Below, one piece after another: positions 9,084 through 19,793 of a stretch of 64,000 bases of DNA. Every line of letters starts with the position of its first letter. The first letter of the stretch is position 1. The position numbers and the translations under genes are program-made. The notes under the pieces are model-generated. The model saw only the letters and a program-made list of their open reading frames with translations, ran no database searches and was not told the origin of the DNA. The stretch lies in the NCBI GenBank assembly GCA_050949565.1, contig JBMNFY010000004.1, positions 71,821 through 135,820 on the forward strand, in the 5' to 3' direction. This DNA is from Kiritimatiellia bacterium (GTDB taxonomy: Bacteria; Verrucomicrobiota; Kiritimatiellia; RFP12; UBA1067).

Positions 9084-10361
9084 TTAAGCAGGTAAGCCGC
9101 CGAAAAATCCGTCCTCGATCCAGATTGGTTTATAACCGCGGTCCAGCAGGAAGCGGAACGCGGTAGCGTAGCGCTCATAGATGTCCGGGACGAAATTCTT
9201 GTAGAACGGCCACCAGTACTGCTCGTGTCCGGCGATGTTGACAAGATGGCTCTTGGCGGGGATCTCGATGCGTTTCAAGATGTTGGGCACGATCTTGTCC
9301 ACCGGCGTCCAATCACAGCCGCCGACAGAGGCACTGTAAAAGATGAGGCCGCTTTCAAAATGCATCCAGCCTTGGTAATCGTGCAGATATGCGAGAATCT
9401 CGTCCGGCAGATGGAAGTCGCAGATCTTCTTGTCTTTGGCGTCAGGCTTGCGCCCGCGCGTCGGCAGCATTTTGACGCCGCGGTCAGCCAGAACCTTATA
9501 GCAGTCCGGCGGCACATCGGCCCAGTGTATTTGCAAACCGGCGGTGTAGGCGCGGCCGGCGATCCTCTTCAGTTCACCGGCGACCAGATCGAAATCGGCG
9601 GCAAGCTGTTCAGGCGTGGCGTTCAGATACGGGATGTCAGGAAACTCATTCTCGGAGTGAAACGCGAGACGGAGCCAGTCTGCATTGTCCTCGAACTCGG
9701 ACTTGTAGGTGTCGGGAAACATCGACAGACTGAAGTCGCGCTCGGGCGTGGTATTGAAGCAGTTGAGGTTGATCTTGACCCCGAAGTTCCGGTGCAGCTC
9801 GCGGAGCTTGGCAAGGTAGAAACAGTCGAACAGGCTTTTGTATTTGTTGCGGGCGATGTCCCTGAAGAAAAAGCTGTGGTCGTCGATATAGCAGCGGAAT
9901 CGCGGAAATGAGTTTTGAGCCCAGACCGGGCGGGTACGTATTTCTCGGCGTACACCGTTGATGGTCGCACGGCACCGGATCTCGGTGACGCGGTCACGCA
10001 ATAGAGCGACGCCCTGAAACGTATTGTTGCCTTGCCGCACCTGAATCTTTCTGCCGTCGGCAGTGAACAGTTTGAGTTTCGCGGAATCGGGCGCGACGCC
10101 GGAGACTTTAACCTTCAGCATGTGTCCGCCGCCGGTGTTGTTCGGCACGGTTCCGAGTACCGGGAAGCCGCTTTGCTCGTGGATGATGCCGCCGTCAAAG
10201 GGCTCTATGAAGCGGAAGTCCTCCGAAGCTCCCAGCACCCCTGCTTCCGCGCATGCGGGGGCATTTGTGCGCGACGAGCAGCATCCGCCTGCGAACGCCC
10301 CAACCGCCAAACCGCAACACGCCGTTTCAAGAAACTCTCTTCTGGATGTTTTCCGTTTCAT
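9084..10361 (-). CDS. Tat-exported protein with a NodB/polysaccharide-deacetylase-like C-terminal domain
   Basis: SRREFL Tat motif with possible lipobox AGGC; YIDD, LAFHS and GHEQY motifs suggest a NodB-like barrel. Confidence 0.6.
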   Translation of the reverse strand: MKRKTSRREFLETACCGLAVGAFAGGCCSSRTNAPACAEAGVLGASEDFRFIEPFDGGIIHEQSGFPVLGTVPNNTGGGHMLKVKVSGVAPDSAKLKLFTADGRKIQVRQGNNTFQGVALLRDRVTEIRCRATINGVRREIRTRPVWAQNSFPRFRCYIDDHSFFFRDIARNKYKSLFDCFYLAKLRELHRNFGVKINLNCFNTTPERDFSLSMFPDTYKSEFEDNADWLRLAFHSENEFPDIPYLNATPEQLAADFDLVAGELKRIAGRAYTAGLQIHWADVPPDCYKVLADRGVKMLPTRGRKPDAKDKKICDFHLPDEILAYLHDYQGWMHFESGLIFYSASVGGCDWTPVDKIVPNILKRIEIPAKSHLVNIAGHEQYWWPFYKNFVPDIYERYATAFRFLLDRGYKPIWIEDGFFGGLPA

Positions 10362-10419
10362 GGTTGTCTCCCTTTTCGTTCCGCCAGTATAGCAGTTTTG
10401 AAAAAGTGTAGTTGAATTA

Positions 10420-10622
10420 TTGCGACCACCCAGTGGTCGCAATGATGAGTGTAAAAACGGGCGGGAGGATGGGCACCGGGCGCGCACAGGGCATGCAATG
10501 AGGGGTGCGCGCGGGAAGACAGCCCAGGAAAACGCCCGAAATGCTGTGAATGGTCACGGGCGGGGCGGGGCTACGTGGTTCAAGGTTTTAACCTCACCTT
10601 TGTGACCACTGGGTGGTCACAA
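10420..10622. repeat. ~200-bp element bounded by 23-bp palindromes TTGYGACCAC-N3-GTGGTCRCAA
   Basis: Palindromes at 10420-10442 and 10600-10622; related inverted copy at 36517-36696. Confidence 0.75.
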
Positions 10623-10724
10623 AAAGTGGCTCGCAATGACGGGCGTAAAAATGGCGGCGTGAGCATCGTAAAAAATCTCTGCGTCTCCGCGTCTCTGCGT
10701 TAAATAAAACGATTTGTGGCCGGT

Positions 10725-13040
10725 TTAGTAGTGGACTTTAGTGGATTCGCCGGGTTTTACGGTTATGTTTTTGGCCTTGCCTTTGTAGGACAGGCGGAGC
10801 TTTCCGGTGGCGTTGGGGCCTGCGAAAATGTGGGCTTCCGTCAGTGCGCCATTGTTCCAAGCTGCGTTGACGGTGTAATCGCCGCGTGCGCGCAATCCGG
10901 CGAAACTTCCCTGCGGCCAGTTTTTGGGCAGCGCCGGTAGCAACGTGATCTGATCGCCGTGGCTGTGCAGGAGCATTTCGGCAATGGCGGCGGTAGCGCC
11001 GAAATTACCGTCGATCTGGAAAGGCGGATGATTGTCCCAGAGGTTCGGCAGTGTGGACCGCGCCAGTATCGCATGCAGGTTGTCGTAGGCTTGCGCGCTG
11101 TCGGAGAGACGCGCGAAGATGCCGATCGTCCACGCCCTGCTCCAGCCGGTGTGCGCGCCGCCATGCTTCAAACGGAATTCCAGCGTGCGGCGTACCGCAT
11201 CACGCATGGCCGGATCATTGTCGAGATCGATCTGGTTGCCGGGATAAGCTCCCAGTACGTGCGAGATATGCCTGTGTCCGGGTTCAGCCTCCGCAAAGGG
11301 CCGTCTCCACTCCATCAGCCGTCCGTCCTCCCCGACTCGCGGCTTGTAGACCTTGGGCAACGCAGCTTTGATCTTTTTGACCAAAGGCTCGTCTGTGCGG
11401 CCAAGGACATCTGCCGCCTCCAGATAATCGTGGAAGACCTGCAGAACCATGAATTGGTCGAAAGTGTTGCCGGACGATAGCGCGGCATTGGCTGTGGTGC
11501 CGTCGCCCTTGACATAGCGGAATGAGTTCTCGGGCGAACTCGACGGTCGCGCCATCAGTTGGCCGGTGGCGGGATCGGCGATCAGCCACGAATCGACGAA
11601 TGCCGTGGATTCAGTCAGGATGTCCCAGTTGTCTGCGAGAATGCGCTTGTCGCGGTTAAATCGGTAGTGATCGAGGATGTGCATGACCATCCACTGCCCG
11701 CCGAAGAAAGAACCGCCCCAAAAAACGCGCGATGACATGATCTTGGCATTGGCCCAGATGTCGGTGGCGTGTCCCATGCACCAGCCCGCCATACCCAGGC
11801 GCCGCGCCATCTCGCGTCCGGTCGGCAGGCAATACCGGATGAAGTCCAGCAAAGGCTGGTGCATCTCCGGCAGGTTGGTGGTTTCGGCAGGCCAGTAGTT
11901 CATTTGCAGGTTGATGTTCAAATGAAAGTCCGAACCCCAAGGCGCCTGGGGGTGGGGGTTCCAAACGCCTTGCAGGTTGGCGGGAAATGCGCCGGGGCGG
12001 GAGGAGGCGATCAGCAGGTAACGACCGAATTGGAAATACGTTTCAATCAGGTCCGGATCATCATGATTGCCCGCTTTGATATGGTCTAAGCGGGCTTTGG
12101 TCGGCAATGCCAGAATGTCTTCCGCTGTTTTGCCGATATCCAGACTGACCCTGCCGAAGTATTTGCTGTGCTCTTCTATGGCCCGCTGCTGCAATGCGTC
12201 GCCCGAGAGGCCGCTCAATTTGTCGAGAGTTTGCTTTGCTTTGTTTTGCCAGCCGTCAGGGAGCTTCGCGCCGGCATGACGCCGGTCCAAGTCAGTGGCG
12301 ATAGCGACCAGAACAGTGATCTGGCCGGGCTCCGAAATTTCCAGATGTTGCTTGTCGGCACGGACTTTTGCGGCAGGCAGTGCCCGGATGTGTCCGACGT
12401 AGCGGGTAGCGTCCGTGCCGGTCGCGGCGCCCCGCTTGATGATCTCATTGTTCTCGACCGATCCCCCGTCGACGCTCAAGCGGATTTTAGTCTGCTGATC
12501 CGCCGCAATCGTTATGGCGATCACGTCTTCTTGGCCGCAGGCAAAAACACGTTGGGTTATTGACGAACCGTTTTCAAGGGTGTAGATGTTGTTCGCGATG
12601 CCGGTCTTCAGGTCAAGTTCCCGGTAGCACTTGCTGAGGGGCGATGGAGTGACATACTCGATCTCCAGCCAACCGAAGGGCTGATAGCTGTCGGGGTTGA
12701 TGCCTCCTTCCTGCAAGCTTTTCTCGAAAAAACGGTCCGCCCCGGCATAATCGCCAGCGGTTTCAAGTTCGCGCACGGTCTCCAAATGCTTGAAGCTGTC
12801 GGCAGGCATGACTTTGGCGGGGCCGCGGTGCCAGATGGTCTCCTCGTTGAGCAGGATTTTTTCTTTCGGAAAATTGCCGAACGGCATAGCGCCGAGCCGC
12901 CCGTTGCCGACTGGATAAGCGACATCCCATTTGTCGCCCGCTCCCGCGTTATCCCAGATAATCAGGTTATTGCTGTCCGCGATGACGGATAAAGCGGACA
13001 GACACAGGCATAGGCCAATCAGGTGTGTTCTTGTTCTCAT
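10725..13040 (-). CDS. GH95 alpha-L-fucosidase/galactosidase
   Basis: [75 protein letters not shown]; signal peptide. Confidence 0.95.
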   Translation of the reverse strand: MRTRTHLIGLCLCLSALSVIADSNNLIIWDNAGAGDKWDVAYPVGNGRLGAMPFGNFPKEKILLNEETIWHRGPAKVMPADSFKHLETVRELETAGDYAGADRFFEKSLQEGGINPDSYQPFGWLEIEYVTPSPLSKCYRELDLKTGIANNIYTLENGSSITQRVFACGQEDVIAITIAADQQTKIRLSVDGGSVENNEIIKRGAATGTDATRYVGHIRALPAAKVRADKQHLEISEPGQITVLVAIATDLDRRHAGAKLPDGWQNKAKQTLDKLSGLSGDALQQRAIEEHSKYFGRVSLDIGKTAEDILALPTKARLDHIKAGNHDDPDLIETYFQFGRYLLIASSRPGAFPANLQGVWNPHPQAPWGSDFHLNINLQMNYWPAETTNLPEMHQPLLDFIRYCLPTGREMARRLGMAGWCMGHATDIWANAKIMSSRVFWGGSFFGGQWMVMHILDHYRFNRDKRILADNWDILTESTAFVDSWLIADPATGQLMARPSSSPENSFRYVKGDGTTANAALSSGNTFDQFMVLQVFHDYLEAADVLGRTDEPLVKKIKAALPKVYKPRVGEDGRLMEWRRPFAEAEPGHRHISHVLGAYPGNQIDLDNDPAMRDAVRRTLEFRLKHGGAHTGWSRAWTIGIFARLSDSAQAYDNLHAILARSTLPNLWDNHPPFQIDGNFGATAAIAEMLLHSHGDQITLLPALPKNWPQGSFAGLRARGDYTVNAAWNNGALTEAHIFAGPNATGKLRLSYKGKAKNITVKPGESTKVHY

Positions 13041-13169
13041 GGTTTTTTCTCGCTGTTTTTCAATGATGAGGCTCTTGATGACTGATTTGTCCATAATATC
13101 CATCAGCACACTGAAAGATAATTAGCCAATAAATGTCAACATGGTATCAGAAGAGGAGCATGCCTTCAA

Positions 13170-13918
13170 GGTAATCGGTTGACATAAGGGTAATCGGTTA
13201 GTGACAGGGAGGGTGCTCGGTTTTTTTCACACGAAGGCACAAAGGACACGAAGGTTTTTTGGGAGGCAGGGCTCGGGTTTATTTAACCACGGAATACTGA
13301 ACATACGGAAAGGCACAGCTCTGCTGTTTCACGCGAAGGCACGAAGATTAGAGGGCGAGTGTCCCCACGAGCCGCCTTCCGCTGCGCGGAAGGATGGGAG
13401 GGACGAGCGTCGCTCGTCCGCGGGCAAGCAGACGCTTGTCCGGTACTTAGCAAGCCTGACAACTGGACTTGCGGTGACAAGCGGTATTCCGCACGACGCC
13501 GCTTTTTGAGCATGAGTACGGCGGCAGGGCTGTGCGCAAAAGCGGTGCCGCGACCCGCGCACAGCGCGGCTCTTGTCACCGCACTCCAGATTTGGACGAC
13601 AAAGGGACAGGTATTTAGACCATGGAAAGTTGAGCGTTGGGCGTTGGGGTAATCGGTTAGTGACAGGGGGCACGCGAGTTTAGTGCGTGTTTTGTGCGTA
13701 TGCAACTGGAGGCGGGCGTCCCCGCCCGCTCTGTGAAAGGTCGATCGAGATTCCGATGCGCGGTTTGGTTTCCAATGGAAGTGGGCGCATCAATCTTTTG
13801 CAAGACACGTTGTTGCGGGCGAGGACGCCCGGCTCCAGTTCTCTGCTCTCCTTTTCACCAGAAACGCATAATCTTCGCACTCCCTGTCGCTAACCGATTA
13901 CCCGATTACCCGATTACG
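13170..13918. repeat. Large intergenic mosaic repeat cluster (REP hairpins, REPINs, short tandem repeats)
   Basis: REP composite 13351-13441, module 13539-13587, REP pair 13704-13840, GGTAATCG repeats on the left and inverted CCGATTAC repeats on the right. Confidence 0.85.
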
Positions 13919-14009
13919 CTTTTATGTTAGACGAACTGTCGCAACGTAGTGTAAGCTTCCGGTCGCTGTAGTGGATCGTTTGCGTTGGATCGTTTGCTGA
14001 GGTGATGCT

Positions 14010-17000
14010 ATGCGAGTGAATCAGGGAAGGTTGTGGTTGGTGGGCTGCCTGCTGGCGTTGAATGCGGTGGGACAACTTGGGACGGAGCTGATCCCGAATA
14101 ACGAACTGGCGCGTCTCGACGCCAATGGCTGGCCGGAAGGGTGGCCGGCGGGCAGGCGCGCGCGGATTGAGCAGGATGAGGCCGGACGCCGTCTGGTCTG
14201 CTCTGGCGCGGGTGCCGGCGTCAATTTTCGCATTCCGCTAAAGCCGGAGTACGGACGTCTCCGGCTCGCGATGGAGATGAAGGTCACAGATGTCGCGTTG
14301 GGCAAGGAGAGTTGGGAGACCGGCCGTCTCACGATGTCGTTTCACGACGCCCAAGGGAAGCGCATTGCTCCGTGGCCGAATGTTTTCGGTATGATTGGCA
14401 CCACCGACTGGACCGTGTGTGAGCGCGTTTACCCGATTCCGGAAGGTGCCGTCACGCTTGCGTTGTCGCCCTGCAATCTCGGGAAGTCGGGAACCGTTGA
14501 GTTCCGCGGGCTGTCATTGACTGTCTGCCGCTTGCGCGCGATGGTCAAGGCGGATGCGCCGCTGCCACCGGGTGCCGACGCGGAACCCGAATCGATCGCG
14601 GATGCCTGGCGGCAAACCACCGCAACGCGCGAACGTGTCTGTCTCAACGGCCTGTGGCGCTTCCGGCCTGTGCTGCCCGACGAAACAACCACGACCGTGC
14701 CGGCGGCAGGCGATTGCTGGGGATGGTTCAAGGTGCCGGGCATGTGGCCGCACGGCGAATGGAGGCCTGAGAGCGGTGTGCAGCAAGTGTGGATTGCCCC
14801 TTGGTTGGAAGATCGTGTGCGTATCCGTGATGTGGATCAGGCGTGGTACAAGCGGCGCTTCACAGTGCCGGACGCTTGGGCGGGTCGTCGCTTGGAACTC
14901 TCGTTCACGATGCTGCAGACGCATGCGCGGGTGTTCGTGGACGGTCGGCCGTGCGGCGAGTTGTGGTACCCCGGCGGTGAGGTGGACCTGACCGGGCATC
15001 TCGTGCCCGGCCGCGAGCAGGAGTTGGCGCTGCTGGTCACGGCGCGTCCGTTGACCGCCGAGCGAAATGCCTTTATGGCCCCCGACCGGATCGTAACGGA
15101 GAAGGCGGGCGTCAATCACAAAGGAATCACGGGCGATCTCTTTCTCACCGCCATGCCGGCCGCAGCGCGCCTTGAAGATGTGCATGTCATCACCTCGGTG
15201 CGTGAGCGGCGTGTGACCTTCGCGACGGAAACCGCCGGTCTGGACGCAGGACCGTGGCGGCTGCGAGCCGAGGTCAGCGAGCGCGGCGGCGCGGCGGTCG
15301 TGCAGCGTTTTGAGTCAGACGCACTCGCGCCCGACGCAGCCGGCGTGCTGCGTTTCAGCGCGGCGTGGCCCGACGCCAAACTCTGGGACACTGACACGCC
15401 GCAGCACCGCTACACGGCGACGCTTTCCCTGTTGGACAAGGCCGGTGCGGTGGTGGATGTCCTGACACCAGCGCATTTCGGTTTCCGCGAGATCCGCATT
15501 GAGGGCCGTGACTTCTTGCTCAATGGCACGCCGATCCATCTGCGCGCGCTGCACAACACAACCTCCGTCAGTGCGGCCGACAAAGCCAGCCATTCGGCGG
15601 CAATCGAGATGTGCCGCCGAATGTTCGAATACGGCTTCAACGCCATTATCGCCGGCAATTACGATTTTATGCCCGGTTCGGTTAGCTATCTGGACGGCCT
15701 GCTCGATGCGTGCGACGAGACCGGCATGCTGCTGGCCTTCACGTTACCGCACCTCAAAGATTTCGGTTACCGGCTGGACAAGCCCGAGACGGCCGAGCGT
15801 TACCGTGCACAGACCGCTTGGCTGATCCGGCGCGCGCGCAACCATCCGTCGGTCATCTTCTACGCGATGAATCACAACTGCACCGGCTATTACGGTGACC
15901 AGAACCCGCAGAAGATCGATGGGGTCTACGAGATTCCGGAAGATGAGACGTCCAAAAGCGTTTGGTGGGCGCGCAACCGTAGGCAGGCGCGCATCACCGA
16001 TGCCATCGCCAAATCGTTGGATGCCACGCGTCCGGTTTACCACCACCAATCCGGCAACCTCGGCGACATGCACACTGTGAACTGTTATCTGAATTGGGCG
16101 CCGGTACAGGAACGCAGTGACTGGACCGAGCATTGGTCCGCGCATGGGGTCAAGCCGCTCTTTTTCGTGGAGTGGGGGCTGCCGCATATTTCGAGTTGGT
16201 CGAGTTATCGCGGGCCGCAATTCATCTGGCGCTGCGAAGCTTTTCAGAGTCTGTGGGCCGCTGAGTTCGCGGCGCAATTTTGGGGGGACGATGCCTATCT
16301 CGATAACGATGCAGCGGTCCACGCGTTGGATCACGAAGAACGACTGTGGGCCACGGGTAAGCCGTTCCGCTGGAGTACCCTCAATCAGCCGCTGCGATCA
16401 CTTCCGCAGAATTACCACGCCGTACAGACGCTGTTCGCCAATGACAACTGGCGCAGCCACCGTGTCCGGGGCGTGTCAGCCATGTTGCCGTGGGACCAGG
16501 GCACTTTTTGGCGGCGCATCGCACCGACTGCCGAGGTCGCGACCGAGACGCCGCTCAAAGGGCTCAAGTGCCCCGGCATCGTGCCGGACCGCATTCAGCC
16601 CGGCTCGCAATATATTCAGGATCTCGGGCCGCGTGACGCCTTTTTGCCAAGCGAAGTGGGGGTGGCCTTTTTGCGCTGGAACCAGCCGGATTGCGCATTT
16701 ATCGCGGGGCCGGAAGAGGACCTGACCGCCAAAAACCATCTCTTCACGCCGGGCGCGAAGGTGCGTAAAAGCTTGGTGATGCTCAACGACCGCCGCCGCG
16801 AGCAGAACGTGGCTTGGACTTGGCGGCTCTGGCGCAAGGGCGAGAATCTGATGGAGCGGCAGGGAGATGCGCGGGTCGCCGTCGGGGGGCAAGCCGTTAT
16901 TCCGGTGACGTTTGATTTCCCGAAACGTATCCGGGACGGCGAGCGTCTGCGACTGACCGCGATCTTCGAGTTCGCGGACGGCATGACGCAGGTCGATGAA

Positions 17001-18359
17001 ATCGCGTTGCATGCCGTGGCACCGACACAGCCGCCGCGCCTGACCGCGCCGGTTCACCTGATGGACCCGCACGGTCTGACGGCGCGCCTCTTTGATCGGC
17101 TGGGCGTACGCTACGTGTCGTTCGACGGCACGCACGCGCCTGCGACCAACGCGCTGGTCGTGATTGGACGCGAAGCGCTGGACGGCTCGGCTGTACCTTG
17201 GATGACGCGCCTGGGCGAGGGTTTGCGGGTACTGGTCTTTGAACAGCGCGCAGAGACGTTGGAGCGCGGACTCGGTTTCCGCATTACCGAACGCGGTGCG
17301 CGCTGTCTCTTCCCGCGTGCCGAACATCCCGTGACGCGCGGACTGGACGAGGCCGCATTCCGCGACTGGACCGGCTCCGGCACGCTGGTGACGCCGTACC
17401 TGACCGGATTGCCCACCGCGGAGACGCATGATCCGCACGGTACGTGGTGCGGGTTCACCAACACGCGAGTCTGGCGCTGCGGCAACCGCGGCACGGTGGC
17501 GTCAGTACTGATTGAAAAACCGGCGCGCGGCGATTGGCGTGCGTTGTTGGACGGTGAGTTCGATCTGCAATACGCGGCACTGCTGGAGCATGTGCAGGGA
17601 CGCGGCCGCGCGATCTTCTGTCAGTTGGATGTGACCGGGCGGACCGAGAACGATCCGGTGGCGGATCGGCTGGTTGTCAATCTGCTGGAGTATCTGGACC
17701 GCGCACAGACGACGGCTTGCCGCGAGACGGCTGTACTGGGTGCCGAGGCCGAGCGGCTCGCGCAGCAGCTCGGCGTGGTCCGGGGTAGGGCGGCCGGCGC
17801 GGGACGACGCCTGCTCGTGGTCAGCCCCGGCGCATCCGCGCCACCGCCGAATCTTTTCAAGGCGGTTGAAGGCGGACTGAACGTTGTGTGCCTAGGGCTG
17901 GCGGGCGATGAACTGAAGGCGTGGTGTCCGATGCCGGTGACGACGGTGCTGACGAACGCCACGTTTACGCGGATTGAACAGCGGCCGCCCGAGTTGGACG
18001 GACTCTGCAACGCCGACTGGGCGTGGCATGGGCGTATCACGTTCGATGCGCTGGTGGTACCGGAGAGCGAGAAAGACACGTCGAGCCGCGCGTTGCGTGT
18101 GATCCGGCACGGCAAGGGGCGCGTGGTGCTCTGGCAGGTGCCGCCGTGGTTGATTGACGAGCAGACCAAGCCGTATCTGCGCACCAGTAAACGACGTGCG
18201 AACGCCATGGCCGCGCGGCTGTTGGCGAATCTGGGCGCCGCGCTGGACGCGCCGCTCGCGGAACGCTTCGCAAAAGTCGAGGAGCAGGAGTGGCTGAAGA
18301 GCTACTACCTCGACACGCCCGAAGCCGGTGACGATCCGTATCGCTATTATCGCTGGTGA
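14010..18359 (+). CDS. Large secreted GH2-family glycoside hydrolase with N-terminal CBM-like domain
   Basis: CLNGLWRF, AWYKRRFTVP, KLWDTDTPQHRY, HFGFREIRIEGRDFLLNG, ACDETGML, RARNHPSVIFY; signal peptide; SD GAGGTG. Confidence 0.85.
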   Translation: MRVNQGRLWLVGCLLALNAVGQLGTELIPNNELARLDANGWPEGWPAGRRARIEQDEAGRRLVCSGAGAGVNFRIPLKPEYGRLRLAMEMKVTDVALGKESWETGRLTMSFHDAQGKRIAPWPNVFGMIGTTDWTVCERVYPIPEGAVTLALSPCNLGKSGTVEFRGLSLTVCRLRAMVKADAPLPPGADAEPESIADAWRQTTATRERVCLNGLWRFRPVLPDETTTTVPAAGDCWGWFKVPGMWPHGEWRPESGVQQVWIAPWLEDRVRIRDVDQAWYKRRFTVPDAWAGRRLELSFTMLQTHARVFVDGRPCGELWYPGGEVDLTGHLVPGREQELALLVTARPLTAERNAFMAPDRIVTEKAGVNHKGITGDLFLTAMPAAARLEDVHVITSVRERRVTFATETAGLDAGPWRLRAEVSERGGAAVVQRFESDALAPDAAGVLRFSAAWPDAKLWDTDTPQHRYTATLSLLDKAGAVVDVLTPAHFGFREIRIEGRDFLLNGTPIHLRALHNTTSVSAADKASHSAAIEMCRRMFEYGFNAIIAGNYDFMPGSVSYLDGLLDACDETGMLLAFTLPHLKDFGYRLDKPETAERYRAQTAWLIRRARNHPSVIFYAMNHNCTGYYGDQNPQKIDGVYEIPEDETSKSVWWARNRRQARITDAIAKSLDATRPVYHHQSGNLGDMHTVNCYLNWAPVQERSDWTEHWSAHGVKPLFFVEWGLPHISSWSSYRGPQFIWRCEAFQSLWAAEFAAQFWGDDAYLDNDAAVHALDHEERLWATGKPFRWSTLNQPLRSLPQNYHAVQTLFANDNWRSHRVRGVSAMLPWDQGTFWRRIAPTAEVATETPLKGLKCPGIVPDRIQPGSQYIQDLGPRDAFLPSEVGVAFLRWNQPDCAFIAGPEEDLTAKNHLFTPGAKVRKSLVMLNDRRREQNVAWTWRLWRKGENLMERQGDARVAVGGQAVIPVTFDFPKRIRDGERLRLTAIFEFADGMTQVDEIALHAVAPTQPPRLTAPVHLMDPHGLTARLFDRLGVRYVSFDGTHAPATNALVVIGREALDGSAVPWMTRLGEGLRVLVFEQRAETLERGLGFRITERGARCLFPRAEHPVTRGLDEAAFRDWTGSGTLVTPYLTGLPTAETHDPHGTWCGFTNTRVWRCGNRGTVASVLIEKPARGDWRALLDGEFDLQYAALLEHVQGRGRAIFCQLDVTGRTENDPVADRLVVNLLEYLDRAQTTACRETAVLGAEAERLAQQLGVVRGRAAGAGRRLLVVSPGASAPPPNLFKAVEGGLNVVCLGLAGDELKAWCPMPVTTVLTNATFTRIEQRPPELDGLCNADWAWHGRITFDALVVPESEKDTSSRALRVIRHGKGRVVLWQVPPWLIDEQTKPYLRTSKRRANAMAARLLANLGAALDAPLAERFAKVEEQEWLKSYYLDTPEAGDDPYRYYRW

Positions 18360-18426
18360 AACGACTAGGCATCCGTGTCCATTTTCGTTATAGTTCAACC
18401 GAAAACAGTGCCCTAGAAAAGGAGCC

Positions 18427-19647
18427 GTGGTTGTGAAAAACATTCATGTTCAGGCGCAGAAAGACCATATCACCTCGCTATGTACGGCCTCTCCGATTCA
18501 GGCGTTGGCCGAGCTTATCTGGAATGCGCTCGATGCCGACGCCTTTGATGTGAAGGTGGACGTCATCCAAAACGCGCTGGGTGGCATTGATGCGATTCGG
18601 GTGGCGGACGATGGCCAGGGCATCAACGCGCTGGAGGCGGATCAGCATTTCGGTAATCTCGGCGGTTCGTGGAAGCGCGATGTGAACCGGACGCCGCTTT
18701 CGGGACGCGTGCTGCACGGCAACAAGGGCAGGGGGCGTTTCAAGGCGTTCGCACTCGGCAACCGGGTCGAGTGGCGGACCACGCTGGAGGTTGACGGCGG
18801 TCTGCGCTCGTTCGTGCTGGCGGGCTCGGCTCATGATCCCAGTCTGTTCACGCTGACCGCAGCGGCAGCGCCTGGGCCGGCCACAGGCACAGAGGTGATG
18901 ATCACGGACATCCGGCAGGACAAGGGTTCGCTGCTCGACACCGTCTGGGTGGTGCAGCAACTCGCCTCGCATTTCGCACTCTACCTTAAGGCTTATCCCA
19001 ACGTGCGCATCTACTTTCAGGGATTGCTGGTCAGTCCTGTGATCGTGCAGCAAGCCAGCCGCCTTTACCATCTGAAATCCTCAGAGGGCGCCAAGGCCGA
19101 CCTTCAAATCATTGAGTGGAAGACCAAGCAGGGACGCGGTAAAGTGGTCTTCTGCGACAGCGACGGCTTTGCGCTTCACGAAACCGACGCGGCGGTGCGT
19201 CCGGGCGGTGGCTTCAACTTCACCGCCTATCTGATAAGCCCACGGTTCGCCGCCTTGCACAACGAGAATCTGCTGGTGCTGGACGAGATGCATCCGGAGA
19301 CCGTGGCGTTTCTGGACGCCGCGCGCGATATCCTGCGCCGCCATTTCCGCGAGCGGCGCGAGGAGTTGACCTCCGAACTTGTGCAGCAGTGGCACGACGA
19401 TGGTGTCTATCCGTATGACGGTGAACCGGCCGATAAGGCCGACCGCGCTGCACGCAAGCGCTTTGACGGTTGCGCCCTTGCGATCCGCGCCTACTCCGAC
19501 AACTTCGACACCATGACGGTCGTGGAAAAGAAACTACTCTTCCGCCTGCTGCGCGAGACGCTGGAGGCCAATCCCGATGGGACGACGCTGATCGCCGACC
19601 TGCTGGGGGTGCCGCCCAAGCGTCGGCGCGAGCTGCAGAAGCTGTAG
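18427..19647 (+). CDS. GHKL (HATPase_c_3, MORC/MutL-like) ATP-binding protein
   Basis: ALAELIWNALDADA (N box), VADDGQG (G1), GNKGRGRF (G2), TGTEV (G3); SD AAAGGAG. Confidence 0.85.
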   Translation: MVVKNIHVQAQKDHITSLCTASPIQALAELIWNALDADAFDVKVDVIQNALGGIDAIRVADDGQGINALEADQHFGNLGGSWKRDVNRTPLSGRVLHGNKGRGRFKAFALGNRVEWRTTLEVDGGLRSFVLAGSAHDPSLFTLTAAAAPGPATGTEVMITDIRQDKGSLLDTVWVVQQLASHFALYLKAYPNVRIYFQGLLVSPVIVQQASRLYHLKSSEGAKADLQIIEWKTKQGRGKVVFCDSDGFALHETDAAVRPGGGFNFTAYLISPRFAALHNENLLVLDEMHPETVAFLDAARDILRRHFRERREELTSELVQQWHDDGVYPYDGEPADKADRAARKRFDGCALAIRAYSDNFDTMTVVEKKLLFRLLRETLEANPDGTTLIADLLGVPPKRRRELQKL

Positions 19648-19658
19648 TCATCGAAAAC

Positions 19659-19735
19659 TGGTGGGCGGCGAGGGACTCGAACCCCCGACATTCTGGGTGT
19701 AAACCAGACTCTCTAACCAACTGAGATAGCCGCCC
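19659..19735 (-). tRNA. tRNA-Val(TAC)
   Basis: Reverse complement GGGCGGC...TCTGG-TT-TAC-AC-CCAGA...GTTCGAGTC...GCCGCCC-A-CCA. Confidence 0.95.
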
Positions 19736-19748
19736 GGAAAGGACGCCT

Positions 19749-19778
19749 ATTATGCCGGTTAAGTTGCGGTATATGCAA
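19749..19778 (-). promoter_or_regulatory. Putative sigma70 promoter for tRNA-Val
   Basis: TTGCAT-N18-CATAAT on the minus strand just upstream of the tRNA. Confidence 0.5.
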
Positions 19779-19793
19779 GCGTAGAATTGAAAA

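Noticed and set aside
13325-13340. TGTTTCACGCGAAGG resembling parS (also ~2315, ~21033, ~42764)
   Set aside because: Only the left half matches; there is no GTGAAAC arm, and the motif is part of the CGCGAAGG repeat family.
13170-13918. Possible CRISPR array in the repeat-rich spacers (also 42662-43181, 59490-59885)
   Set aside because: No constant repeat separated by regular unique spacers and no cas genes; the repeats are hairpin and tandem mosaics.
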